Shown: piece after piece, positions 38,986 to 52,460 of the stretch
Layout: the number at the start of each line of letters is the position of its first letter
Position numbering within the stretch: the first letter of the stretch is position 1
From: Camelus ferus
Taxonomy: Eukaryota
NCBI RefSeq assembly: GCF_009834535.1
Contig: NC_045696.1
Coordinates: forward strand, 33,544,001 to 33,608,000
DNA length: 64,000 nucleotides
Reading direction: 5' to 3'
The notes under the pieces: generated by a model
Databases searched by the model: none
What the model saw: the letters and a program-made list of their open reading frames with translations, nothing else
Told to the model about the DNA's origin: nothing
Position numbers and translations under genes: made by a program

Positions 38986-41731
38986 AGCTATTCTCTCTGG
39001 GAATTGGGAAATGATCATTTGAAAGCTACAGAGAGGATAAAATAGAAACTGGATGGGAAAGAGATGGAATGCAACAATCTCCTTGAACTATATGTTTCTG
39101 ATACACAAGCCAGAGAGAAGCCTCTAGGAGTAGATTTTTTTTTTTTTTTTTATAAATGGCAAAAATATTTTCAGCTCTTTGGAGAAAAACCTACTTCACT
39201 CCTGTATAAAGGAGAGTTTTCTCTTTAGATACAGAGAATTCATACTTCTGCTTATAATTTCAAGTCCTTTTACCCTCCAAATTCATAGACTGGTCATAAG
39301 GAACTATCAGGTCTAGTTACTGATACTCCCAGCCCATAAGGTCATTTCAATGTCTGTTCTTAAAAAAGTATATGAACGTGGTTTGGATGCATCACCATAT
39401 TGTGTTTTTTCCGTAGATAAAGCAAATTAAGCAATGTAGATCAAACAAAAATTTCTATGCTACTCTGACCAAATCACTTCAATGGGTTTGAACATTAATC
39501 ACAATTCAAATTAAATAGCAAAATATTTTATTTTCTGAAAAACTCTATTTTATTAAGGTCTACTTTAACTTAAGAGTAATGAAATTTTTCTCTCAAATTT
39601 TCAAGTATGAAGTCTGTCTCACCTAATCATGAAGTAAAAGTGTAAACTCCAGACCACTAAGCTTCATGGCATATTCAAAGAATGAACTAAGTTCCACATA
39701 TACGTACTGTAGTTAGCTTTTAAAGCTCAGTTCCATCTGGACTTATCTCTCATTTTGTTCACAAAGAATTTAGTTTTATGTTACAGTGTATTCTTTTGTA
39801 AGAGCTCCAAAATCATGGTGGGCAAACTTCTACAGAACCCTGTCAGGCTGGAGCGCACAGACATTTGAACCCAGTGCATCAGGGCCTTACCAAGAGAAAA
39901 CCATGTCAACTGGGTTTTAAAATGAGGAGAAATCACATGTTTTCTTAAAGCATTAATAGAAGGGTCTGCAGTTTATCCAGTGCCTTCTAATATAGCAGAT
40001 ATCAAGGAGGGTTCATTCATTATCTTTTCTGAATTTAAATCACCAAATTTAATATTACGTGTTGGACAACAGTTTCTAATCAGAATAACATACTTATCTG
40101 AAAAGGGTTACAGAGCTGCAGACAATGCACCTGTGTTGGAATACAGAATATTCAACCAAAGCTTTCAGAAAGGGGGGAAATCTGGGGGTGGAGAGTTGGG
40201 GGTGGGGAGTAGTTCCTAAATCTAACTCTAATGAGAGATTATATAATGGTCTATCTTATAGACCAAATTAAATCCACACATGTTTTCTTTGTAGTCACAG
40301 TATTGTTACATGTATGTTAATTATTTCTGAGTTAACTTTTCTTAGGAGAACCATGAATTAGCCAATTTGTCACTGGCCCCACCATTTCCTGTTGTCCCAC
40401 ATACAGCCCAATTCATATCATTATGTTCTCTAGCAGCCCCTGGACTCATGCTCTGCATAAACTATTCTACTTCTTATTTGAAACACTGTTCCATGAAATC
40501 TTGAGTTATTTTTATCCAGGAACTTAGATTAAGGTTGCTTCGGAGTTTCATTTAGACATGAGCCAGCTTATACTTGATTTGTCTACATGATGGATATTTG
40601 CAATGTCACAAATTTGAAATTTGTACACTATCTTGCCCCATACTTTATGGCGGGCTATTATTCAGCTTCTTAGAGAATGGGAAGTTTATATTCCTGTAAA
40701 GCAATGCTTGGATCACAGACAATAATAAAAGTGATCAGATAACTAAGATCTAAATATATCTGAGTCTGAAGATTAGAAGAATCTCTGTATCACAGTTGAG
40801 CATATGAAGCATATAGTTGTCATACTGAGACTAGAAGACTTTTGTTTGGATTTATGAAAGTTGGTTGCTCATGGATATCCCTTGGATACCCCAAACTGAA
40901 GAGTTTAACCAATTTGCGGTTCAGAACTGAAATACTTCACCAATGCCCCTGCTGTGAGTGAAATTGACTTAGATTACAAAATCTACAGTCACAGCAAGGG
41001 TCAGGGGCGAAATCACATCACTGCTCGAGAGTGTCTCCTGCTAGCTGCAAGCCAGGATGTGAAGAAAACAGAGAAGACATGAGGGCAGAAAATAAACAAC
41101 AGAAACCTCAAAAGCAGTAACTACAAAAAAAGTGTTATGTGTTTATAGCATTTAAATTCTGCCTCACTGGAGAGGTTGCTGGTGTTTAATTACAACCTCA
41201 TCCTTTATTTGTTTAGGATTTGATTTGAGCAGTTCTGTAAAAATGGCTATATCTAAAATTTTCAAGACTTTTCCAAAATACTAATCACTCAGCTTTTAAT
41301 CCTTATTTACCTCTCACAGTAAATTAGAAGAAGGACATCCAAAGGAAATGCACAATGTGATTAGTGCCCTCCTGCTGACAATACAACAAGCAAAAACAAA
41401 AGCAATTATAATAATTTATTTTCAAGAACGCCTTCGAGTAATTTCTCATGCATGCATGTGTATTCATATATATGTGTGCATACACGTACACACATACACA
41501 TAGAGTGTGTTTTTATGCATGATATTAGTCCTCCAGACACTAATTCTTATTGCTAAATTACATTAGATTTTTTGTAGTTTTTGGTGACAACTGTTTTGAA
41601 CATTATCTTACTAATAGACTGGAAATGCTTATTATTTGGCTATAATGCTGTTGTCTCTTCTTTAGACAAGAATCTCATTATATCTCCCAAGTGTCTAGTT
41701 GTTCCCAGCATTTAAGTGCTGTTTTTAAAAC

Positions 41732-41887
41732 CAGGGTCCAAAGTTCACATGCATCAGAATTCTCTAGAAGGCTTACTGTAAAAGCATTTTCCCCAAACTT
41801 CTGAATCACAGTCTCAGGGACTAGGCAGTGAAATCTTTATTGTAAATACCCAACGTGATCCCTCAGGACACTACAGTTTGAGAACTG
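41732..41887. mobile_element. MER5-family hAT MITE
   Basis: tgcatcagaattctctagaaggctt...cttctgaatcacagtctcaggg...cagtttgagaactg. Confidence 0.7.
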
Positions 41888-42209
41888 AAAATTGTGATTT
41901 TTAATATAAAATTGTATTGTAATATTAAATATAAATATTAGACCTCTAAGTGATAGTAGCACAATTCTACCAGGCATAACGAATTCACACTTTCAATTTA
42001 ATTTTTAATGTTAATTTGCCACAAAACTTTCATTTATTCATTAATTCACACAACTATCATGCTGACAACGGTCCCTTCATTGAGTTTACAATTATGTAAG
42101 TATATAAAATATACATTTTTATCTGTAGATATTTGGCCTAACTATGGATCAATGAATCTTTGCAAAAACTATCTCTCTGGAGTTCCTTGGCTTGCAGTTT
42201 AAGAACTAC

Positions 42210-42965
42210 GGTTGCAGGCACATGAAAAGACGTTCAACATCACTAATCATCAGGAAAATGCAAATCAAAACCACAATGAGATGTCACATCACACCTGTCA
42301 GAATGGCTATCATCAAAAGTCTACAAATAACAAATGTTGGCAAGGATAAGGAGAAAAGGGAACCCTTATGCAGGTGGGAATGTAAATTGGTGTGGCTACT
42401 GTGGAAAACAGTATGGAGGTTTCTCAAAAAGCTAAACACAGACCTACCCTATGACCCAGAAATTTCACTCTTGGGTATATATCAGAAAAAAATTTAAAAA
42501 ACCCACTAATTCAAAAAGATATGTGCACCCCAATGTTTACAGGAACATTATTTGTAACTGCTGAGATAAGGAAGCAGCCTAAGTGTGTCCATCAACAGAT
42601 GAAGATAAAGAAGATGTATACATCTACAATAGAATACTACTCAGCCATGAAAAAAAATTTTGCCATTTGCTGCAGCATGAGTTGACCTGGAAGGCATTAT
42701 GCTAAGTGAAATAAGCCACAGAAAGAAAAATATTGTATGATATCACCTATATGTAGAATCTAAATAATACAACAAACTAGTGAGTATAACAACAAAAAAA
42801 ACCTGACACACAGATTATGGGTTGTGGGAGTGGGAGATACAAACTATTAAATTTAAGATAGGCTTAAGGATGTAATGTACAACACGAGGAATATAGCTAA
42901 TATTTTGTAATAACTGTAAGTGGAGAGTAATCTTTAAAAATTATATAAATTTTTTTAAAAATTTA
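42210..42965 (+). mobile_element. 5'-truncated artiodactyl-type L1 with TSD
   Basis: ORF2 remnant (MKRRSTSLIIRKMQIKTTMRCHITPVRMAII...WECKLVWLLWKTVWRFLKKL); TSD aagaactac (42201-42209, 42966-42974) after ttt, an L1 endonuclease-type site. Confidence 0.95.
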
Positions 42966-43479
42966 AAGAACTACTATTGTAAATTATAAGTAGATTCTTA
43001 GCCTATTCTGCACCAAATAAAAATATTTATCCTTTCCTAATATCTGTAACTAGTCGTAGCTATGCAATGTTCATATAACAGAAAGAAAGAAACATGTTCT
43101 GGTATGTGTTCATCTGTGAGTTCTCTTAAAATTGGAGAAATTATTGAGAGAACAGAGTCAGCAGTTATCAACTGTAAATATCAATTTTCAGAATTTGAAT
43201 TTGCTAAAAGCCACCTTAATTAAATAATTCTGAATTCAAATGATTTCATCTTAGGAAAGGTAGATTTACATGAGTAATGTTATAAAATAAAATTAATGAC
43301 TTTTTGATATATCAATACTTCCCCATTTATAAAGTGCAAAAGAAAAAAATGCAGAAAAAATTAAAGGTGGCCTGTATCTTTACTTAATGATGATCAATAT
43401 TATTTGGGTAGATTTTCTAGTATTATTGTATTTTTTCTTTAAAGAGTATTAACATGCTATAAGGATTTTTTATTTTATA

Positions 43480-43820
43480 TTTTTTATATTTTCCATATTA
43501 TTATAGTTCTTTGTTATTATAATGATAATTAGTACATAACATCTCATTAAAATATGCTCTTTATCAGAGTTTGCTTAAACATTATTGCATTTTTAAGTAT
43601 TTACATGGTTACCAAAATTATTTCAAAGTAATAAATGGCACTGAAATGAATTTCAGGCTCAAAGCACAATATAAATTTTGTATTGCTGCCTTTGGGCAAA
43701 TTTCTAGGAGTAGAAATATGTACTCAAAGGGCATAAAATATTAAGGCTTTTGATACTTACTTGGAAATTGTTTCCCAGAGTTTTTATTGGCTTTCTGGAT
43801 GGCATATGAAAACACATATC
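43480..43820 (-). mobile_element. Very old L1 (L1ME-type) fragment
   Basis: caaatttctaggagtagaaat...tcaaagggcat...ttaaggcttttgatacttacttggaaattgtttccca. Confidence 0.55.
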
Positions 43821-44373
43821 GAAATCTTTAAAATGCCTTTGTTATTTAACTTGACTATTAGTCATTTATAAAAAAACTAATAATGAATAGGCTAAAATAT
43901 GTGGAGCTATTTATTGATTTAAATTGGGAAAATCTAACAGTGAGAATTGGTTACCTAATATTTAGAAATGAGATTACATAATATTTTATAGCCAATGAAA
44001 TATTCTTGAAGCAAAAAATGATATAAAAGTTGTTTTTGATAGTGCTACAGTAAAAAACTTGGTTATCATATATATTATATATGTGGTTATACATGTGTAT
44101 GACTATAAATATGAATATATATATCACTTGAATATTACATATATTTACATAGGTCTGATAGAAATGCATGTAGTTTTAAATATTGTTTTAAAGTCTTTCT
44201 ATATACATGTATTTATATGTCAAAAAATAGATTCTGTATTCAGAAAAAAACAAATACACAAAGTTTACCAATTTCATTTACACTAGCCTTCGGTCAAAAT
44301 GTTATTTTCCATAACTTTGAAAGTCATTCTTAAAAAGTCTATTTGAAAGTGTATTCTTAAAGCTAAATATAGT

Positions 44374-44677
44374 ATTTTTCAATTGAAGAATAGTCAGTTA
44401 TAATGTGTCAGTTTCTGGTGTACAGCACAACGTCCCATCATACACATACATACATATATTTATTTTCGTATCTTTTGTTATTAAAGGTTACTACAAGATA
44501 TTGAATATAGTTCCCTGTGCTATACAGAAGAAATTTGAGTTTTTTAAAAATCTAACATTTGCTAACATTTGCAAATCTCAAGCTCCAAATTTATCCCTTC
44601 TCATCCCCTTTCACCTGTAACCATAAGATTGTTTACTATGTCTGTGAGTCTGTTTCTGTTTTGTAGATGAGTTCATC
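44374..44677 (-). mobile_element. Short young L1 3' UTR insertion (camelid-type) with TSD
   Basis: Antisense of the 13650 L1 3' UTR; 15-bp TSD aaagctaaat(a/g)tagt at 44359-44373 and 44678-44692. Confidence 0.93.
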
Positions 44678-46925
44678 AAAGCTAAATGTAGTTTTAAATA
44701 ATTTTGTGTACATTTTGTGTAATGAGGTAAATTATGTGCTTTAAATTTTTTAAAGTAGTACTGATATGTTGAATAGATATATTCATTTTAGAAATCTTGC
44801 TGCTATCAAGTACATTGTGTAAAAGAATTCAACCTTTACCCAAAAGGTCACTGGTGACTTTGTGTGGGCAAATCATATTTACAAGAGTGACTACTATTCC
44901 AAGAATGCTTAGCCACTCCTTCCTGAGGAGTAGATAGCATTGGATGGGGCGTTTACTAACCAGTCTGATACTGAACAAGAAGATACTTAGCTTCGTTGGG
45001 CTTAAAAATATTTTTTTTCTTAGGGAAAAAAAAATCACTTGTTTTCTCTTTGCAATATGCCTAATAATCCCACATTTATTAGCAACTGAATTTTGACACA
45101 TGTAGAACAACTCTATGTAGAATAATTCTTTATTACTTTTCAAATGATTTCATAATTGCTAACAATTTTGAAATAAGGCTACCATAAAAATAAGTAAGAT
45201 ACTAAGTACATACTGTAAATTAGGAATACAATTTTTAAAATCATCTCTGCAAAGTACTTTGGAAATACCTGTTATATTTTAAGTATCTGAAAGTTGTAAT
45301 TTCAAATCAATATATGACATATTAGATGGCATTAATTTCCATGCATTATTACTAAGATATATTAGACATTTCCAATATAAATTAAAATCTACTGATACAA
45401 TATCTACTCCAAATAGGTGCAGCCTAACCTGGTGCCTATGAAGAAGTTTCTGTGCCTGAAGCTGGAAGTGGAACATAGCAAATCAGTGCTTTCATTTCTC
45501 ATTTTGAACTTACTAGAACTCATATTGAACTAGTTTTATTATGTTCTTAGGAGAAATTGCACAATTTAAATAATCTATCTGCAGTTTCACTTTTGGCATT
45601 CTTATAAGCACCAGTATAGCTTTCCACAGAAAATTTGGAATACATTTTTTTCCATCAAAATAAGTAGTACATTTTTGTATATAGTTTTATATAATTTATG
45701 CTTTTCTTTTAGGATGCCATATAATGGTGTAAAAATTAGAGTATGAATACTAATTATGTATAAGTAGGATAATAATTTTCAAATTAAAAGTAGAGAAACT
45801 AACAGACTCGGAGGAATGAACTGACATTTATCAAGGCAATGCATAGTAACCTGTAAGTTTACTTCTCTTTTCTATTAATATTAAGAACAAGAAGGCATGT
45901 GTTTATGTTCTATTTATAATAAATTTCTTTCTTTTGTATAGTATGTGATACCAATTATTCTACTTTCCAGGAAATTTTAATATTTGTATGAGTCAATTCT
46001 CATTATAATAAGAAAAGTTCTTTCTCTTTGCTACAGATTACAGTCAAGACTGAGTTTTTCACATACACCAGCCTTTGGTCACAAAAGAGAGTGTATTGGG
46101 CAGGGCTGGGGGCAGGGTGATAACAAGCTCTTTTACTAAAACATTTCAAAAGAAGTATATTAACTTGTCAATATCACTCTTGAATGTGATAAACATTTGA
46201 AGTACTGCACACTACTGAACTTTTCAATTTGATGTGTTTTATTTTAGAAATGCATGATGTTCCCTAATTATGTCACTTAACGTTGAAACCAATTATACCT
46301 GCTTTCTCCAGCCACTGCCCTTTACTAATGACGGCAGACACTGCCCCAGACAGGAGAATGTGCAGCCAATAGTCATTCTATCCTTCTAAACTGTAGACTT
46401 CTAAATCACTTCAAATTTTTTTTCTACTTTCAGAGGCAATTTTTCTAAAGTTAGTGCTAAGGCAACAAATATTCACTGATGCCATATGCATTTTATTCAA
46501 GATATATACCATAAATAAAAGAACCAGTGTATGTACCTGTGCTTAAAAAACATCTGCTGCATGGTAAGTGTTGTACAATTATAAATACTGAAACAATATG
46601 TGGTATATAATTAGAATTTTAAAACCTCACATTATAATATTTTATATTTAGTTCATTTGGTGCTTCATTTGGGAGATTATGACTTCAGGACAACAGCCGT
46701 ATTTAGTTCATTGTAACCTTAGTTTTATATTTTGTAAGAAGCGAGAGAGAAGCCTTGAAAAAAACTTGTAATTGACTAGGTAATATAAAAGGATCATATA
46801 GTGAAAATACTGAATTTCTATTTCTGTTTATTCACAACTTTGTATTTATTCAATGACCTAAATCTGTGATTCCAATTCAATAGAAATTTTACACTGGCCT
46901 TTTTAAAGACAAACTGTTGAATGTA

Positions 46926-46939
46926 CCACTAGATGGCAG
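46926..46939 (+). promoter_or_regulatory. Candidate CTCF binding site
   Basis: CCACTAGATGGCAG is a full match to the core consensus CCASYAGRKGGCRS. Confidence 0.55.
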
Positions 46940-48898
46940 AAAAAGATCAGAAAATTCCCATTGCGTACTCAATACTTAAGAAGTTATGTATAGGGCACCT
47001 AAAAATCTTACTTGAGGGACCTATATACATACATTAATTATGCTTCATTATCAACAAAACATGCTTTATAATTTTTAAATCAAATATGTCTTAATATGAA
47101 GAATTTTATACTTTATTTGGTATATGTATATACATATATATGTACTACATAATTCATATACTGTGTGTGCATGTGTGTGCATGTACTAGCAAGTTGTGTG
47201 TCTTATGTAGGACAATACTTGAGGAAAAATAAAAATGTAGACCTATGACAATATATATATTCACATTTTCTCTTGGGCGTAAGTCCTATGTTAATTTAAA
47301 TTTTTACCTTTCTAACTAAGAATAATTCAATAATAATTATCATTATATTCATAACTTTAATACCATACTTTTATATTATTACATACATATGAATGTATTT
47401 AATCTACTATATTTTACCATTTTAAATTACTAATAAATATAATCTACTACTCAAAGATAACTTCTAAATTCTTTTGATTAATATTTACATAGGGTTATTG
47501 ATTCATTGAAAGTTCCAAACAGCTACTCATATTTGAAGGAAGGTTCCTACTTCCATATTAGAAGAATTTGGTAAAAGAGTAGAATATTCTCTCTGGTAAT
47601 CCTTAATCTGCCCTTGATCAAGGAGAGGTTCATTTTTGTCTAAACATAAAATTAGGAAAAGCCTCAGACTGAGCTACGAAACACTGGATCCAGTTTTGTC
47701 TCCACAAGTGATACGCTCTGTGATCCTTTGTAAGTCAATGAACAGATGTCAATAAATAAGTGAAAAGAATTTGGTTGCCAAAAGTTCTCATGAAAAAAAA
47801 AAAACTTCATTAATGTATGAATGACTTTTTTTTAATTGCCACACTTTTAGAGAAGCTTGGATGAAACGGTGTTGTGAATCAACTGTAGACCCTCCTAACC
47901 TTGCTTGTTTAATTTAAGGTTGAATTTTTAAAGAGTTTTTACATTCTGTCTTACCTAGTTGCCTTTTCCTTTCTTATTTTTCCTCCCCTATTACTTATCT
48001 TCCTCCATTCCTTCTCCCTCTCTATTTTCCTAGTCTTCTGTATCTTCTTATTACTATCTTTAGCTCTTTAAGTACAGTTTTGCATAAATGGTATTTGAGA
48101 AATGTTAACAGTTCATATTGTGACTTGAAGCTGTGCAGGGAACACTGTGAGAGCCTGGAGTCACCCAGAGGCCACTGCAGGAGCCTGACTTCCACCCACA
48201 ATCCCTTCCATGATTTCCAGAGACTTCTGGGTTCTTATTTGACTTTCCACAACTTCTACTGTTTATTCTTAGGCTAAGAGAGACCCATTAGATTTTCTAA
48301 AAGTTCACCTAGAGAGATTTTCAGAAGCCTCTGGTTTCTAGACTTAACTGGAATGTTCTCACCCGGCTCCCCAGATGACAAGCAAGACCCGGATTACTTT
48401 TTCATGTCTGCCAAACTGCGTTTGGTTAGTTTTTTAGACAGTCAACTTGTTCAGTTTGCTTAGGGACTGTTTCCTGCCTGGTGGTTTCCAAGTTAAGTAT
48501 AGGCTTTTCTCAAATCTTTGTGACTTCTATCTTAGCATAGCATCCAACAGTTTGATTTCTCACAATGCAGGTATCCGTAACAAGCCAGGAATAACGAAAG
48601 AGATGATGATGACAACGACTTCACCAACATGAACTGATCTCATCATATGCCATACACTCACCTCGGATCTTGAAGGGCTGTAATAGCTTTTGCTAGATTT
48701 TACTGAGACAACAATCACTGAAAAGCTTAACAACAAAAGGTTTTCTCACTATGTCACCTGTAGGCTGAAATTGTCTGCAGCTCCGCTAAACAAGTCTTCT
48801 TCATTGGGTTCTAGGCAAAAGAAGCAGCCCCCAGCTCAGTCTTATGGAAGAGGGAAAGCAGAAACTCAATAAAAAAAAGTTTATATATAAAAAAAATT

Positions 48899-48900
48899 GA

Positions 48901-48951
<51 letters not shown>

Positions 48952-49042
48952 GAAGGAAGGAAGGAAGGAAGGAAGGAAGGAAGGAAGGAAGGGAGGGAGG
49001 AAGGAAGGAAGAAAGAAAGGAAGGAAGGAAGAAAAAGAAAAA
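48899..49042. repeat. (GAAA)13(GGAA)n compound tetranucleotide microsatellite
   Basis: Read directly. Confidence 0.97.
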
Positions 49043-50589
49043 ATATTTTCAAATAAAAAAAGAAAACCTCACATTTTAACTGGGGCATATTTTCTTTGAT
49101 TTAATAACCTCTGATATATCATCTATTTTTCCTTAATATTTTGGATTTGCTCCTTTAATGTGTCTAGATTGTTCCTATAATCACTTGAGGAAAATAAATC
49201 CTTACTGCATATCAGTTTACCAACAGCTGAAAAAGTCTTCACTCATTCATCTCAAAGAAAGAGCTTTCAGTGAGGAAAAAACATAAATATAATCCAGTTA
49301 ATCTTTCCATAAAAGATCTATCCATGGTGTCAGTTGAATGAGAAGAATAATCACAACCCTCTATGGACATGTTTTACATTTTTCTCAAATAAAATGAATG
49401 TTGAGAGAGTTTTAAAAGTAGAAAGGAAAAGTCACCAACTAAAGACACTAGTTTATACTACTATCCTGCTAAACTTTAAACACATGCCTGCTTTTGGTTG
49501 TGCTTAAATTTAGAAAATACTCAACAACTATAAACTCACCATTTAAAAATTTTTTTCTATATGAGAAACTTCCTACTCTCTTTTGTGGTGATAAAACTAT
49601 CAGATCGGAAAAGTGTGTTCTTAGCATCAAACTTATGTTCTACCTGTAAGGTTTTATTTAACGTTCTCTGAACTCTCCACATCTGCTTATAATAAGAATC
49701 AAACTATATGCAAGGATTTACTAAGATTCTAATCAACATTTTAAGAGAAATATTTCCTTCACATTTTATATTTCCTATTGAGATTTTTTTCCCCTCACAC
49801 CACTAACAGTTGCTAAAAAATATACTGCTTATGGCCCAGGGTGTCTTCAGTGTCATTCTTAATCGATTATGCCCCAGTTGGCTCCTCACTTTACTCTCAT
49901 ATTATTTACAGCAAATATGAACATCTCCTTTTTCATTTCTTCATTCTATTTTTGCATATTCATTGATATTTCATATCTATTGACTTTCAAGGAAATTTCA
50001 AATTCCATTGAAAGCTAAGGCAGTTGTAATACTAACCAATGGTATCATCTGCTTATTAAAACACACACAAAAGCACACACAGAGTATCACAGCAAGTTAA
50101 TCATCTAATTCTATTTTCAGAATGTATCCATCTAGGAGTTACTTAACTCCCGTGAAATATTAGCAATCTGCTTACAATTCTTCCAGATACTGGAGAGACC
50201 ATAAAGAGGTTGTGGGCCAGACCTCATCCACAGAGTTTAGAATTCAACCATCTATATTGGATCCTAACAGAGGAAAGTTATTTTTTTTCTTTCTCTTATT
50301 TCCTGCCAAGTTTTCCTCAGCTGTTGAGAGTTTCTATGGCTTTTATCCAAGGAGTTTTTGCTACATAATAATTGCACAGTGTTTTCTAAAAGAGAAATGT
50401 CCCTCAGAAAACAGCTCCTGGACACATTGGTCAACAGTTTCTTGAGTGCCTTCCCCTTTGGAAAAGAACACTGAAGTCAATGCACAGAAAAGACTGCCAA
50501 CCTCAAGCCAAGCATCACTCTTACACATAAAGTAAATGTGTCTGGTTGTTATCAGGTTATGATGTTTTCTGTTATTAATTGGACTGGCC

Positions 50590-52029
50590 ATGAAACCTAT
50601 GGTCAATTAATCTTCAACAAAAGAGGTAAGAATATACAATGGAGAAAAGACAGTCTCTTCAGCAAGTGGTGCTGAGAAAGCTGGACAGCCACATGTCAAC
50701 CAATGAAGTTAGAACACTCCCTCACACCATACACAAAAATAAACTCAAAATGGCTTAAAGACTTAAACATAAACTTCCTAGAAGAAAACATAGGCAAAAC
50801 ATTTTCTGACATAAGTTGTAGCAATACTTTCTTAGATCAGTCTCCCAAGGCAAAAGAAAGAAAAGCAAAAATAAACAAATGGGACCTATCAAGCTTAAAA
50901 GCTTTTGCATAGCCAAGGAAACCATAAACAAAGAATAGACAACCTATGGGAGAAAATACTTGCAAATTATGCAACCGACAGGGGCTTAGTTTCCAAAATA
51001 TACAAACAGCTCGTACAATTCAATATCAAAAAAAAAAAAAAAAAAACCCAATCAAAAAATGGTCAGAAGACCTAAATAGACTTTTCTCCAAAGAAGACAT
51101 ACAGATGGGCCACAGGCACATGAAAAGATGCTCAATATTGCTAATCATTAGAAAAATGCACATCAAAACTACAATGAGGAAGTTGTAGTCAGAATGGCCA
51201 TCATCAAAAAGTCTACAATTAAAAAATGCTGGAGAGGGTGTGGAGAAAAGGGAACCCTCATACACTGTTAGTGGGAATGTAAATTGATGCAGCCACTATG
51301 GAGAATAGTAGAGAGCTTCCTTAAAAAAACAAAAAACAGAGTTACCAAATGATCCAGCAATCCAACTCATATCTCATATCTAGCACATATCTGGAAAAGA
51401 AAAAACTCTAATTCAAAAAGATACCTACACCCCAATGTTCATAACAGCACTATTTACAATAGCCTAGACATGGAAGCAATCTAAGTGTCCATCGATAGAT
51501 GTAAAGATAAAGAAGATGTGGTGTATATATCAACGTACATTGAATGAAATACTATTCAGCCATAAAAAGAATGAAATAATGCCATTTGCAGCAACATGAT
51601 GGACCTAGAGATTATCAAACTAAATGAAGTAAATCAAAGACAAATATCATACAATATCACTTATATGTAGAATCTAAAAAAAAAGATACTAATGAACTTA
51701 TTTACAAAAACAGAAACAGACACAGATTTAGAAAAACAATTTACGGTCACCAAAAAGGAATTCACTGTTTATGTGAAATTAAGATTGAACTGGGGGGATG
51801 AAAGGATAAACTATAGGAGCTTGGGATTAGGAGATACACAATACTATATATAAAATAGATAAACAACAGGGACATACTGTACACCACAGGGAACTATATT
51901 CAATATCTTATAATAACCTGTAATGGAAAATAATCTGAAAATATGTATATATGTGTTTATAGCTTAATCACTTTGCTGTACACATGAAATTAACAGAATA
52001 TTGTAAATCAACTATACTTCAATTAAAAA
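50590..52029 (+). mobile_element. 5'-truncated L1 (about 1.4 kb): disrupted ORF2 3' part, 3' UTR and A tail
   Basis: ORFs [23 protein letters not shown] and [30 protein letters not shown] are L1 ORF2; ends gtaaatcaactatacttcaattaaaaa. Confidence 0.96.
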
Positions 52030-52244
52030 GACTCAAGTTGATCACGTTATTAAAACAGTAAATACGATCAACTTTTACATTAACCTGTATACCCTGATTG
52101 GTAATTCATAATTTCATGTTTTTATTTTCACAAATAATAAACTAAAATCTCACCATACATTAAAAAAATTTCTTTCCTTCTAGAAACTTTCTAGTCCTTG
52201 TATTAATTTATCTGGTATCTGCCATAAGGTAAAAGGAAAAGCTT

Positions 52245-52460
52245 GCAAATTTTTTCAAGGGCATTCCTGGATTTGGAGGACAGCAATCCTTTGTTGTAAG
52301 GAGCTGTCTGATGCATTACAGAATATTAGCATTCCTGTTCTTCAAGCAACAAATGCCCGTAGCTCCCTCCTCTCAGTGATTGTTACCACTAAAGCATCCC
52401 AATTATTTTACTAAAGCCCCTTGGGGGTGGAAGAGGTATTACAGGCCTGAGAATTACCAT
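52245..52460 (-). mobile_element. MER20/MER117-like hAT-Charlie MITE
   Basis: aatcctttgttgtaaggagctgtctgatgcattacagaat...aaatgcccgtagc...gccccttggggg...tgagaattacc. Confidence 0.7.

Noticed and set aside
48570..48640. Coding-looking acidic stretch RNNERDDDDNDFTNMN*
   Set aside because: In-frame TAA just upstream, no convincing in-frame acceptor, and the acidic run is a short (GAT)n repeat
48662..48757. 96-nt minus-strand exon candidate (cctacag acceptor, AG/GTGAGT donor)
   Set aside because: Stops in all three frames and a weak polypyrimidine tract; not supportable as coding
48801..49088. ORFs with repeating PSFL/KEGR units
   Set aside because: Translations of the (GAAA)n(GGAA)n microsatellite
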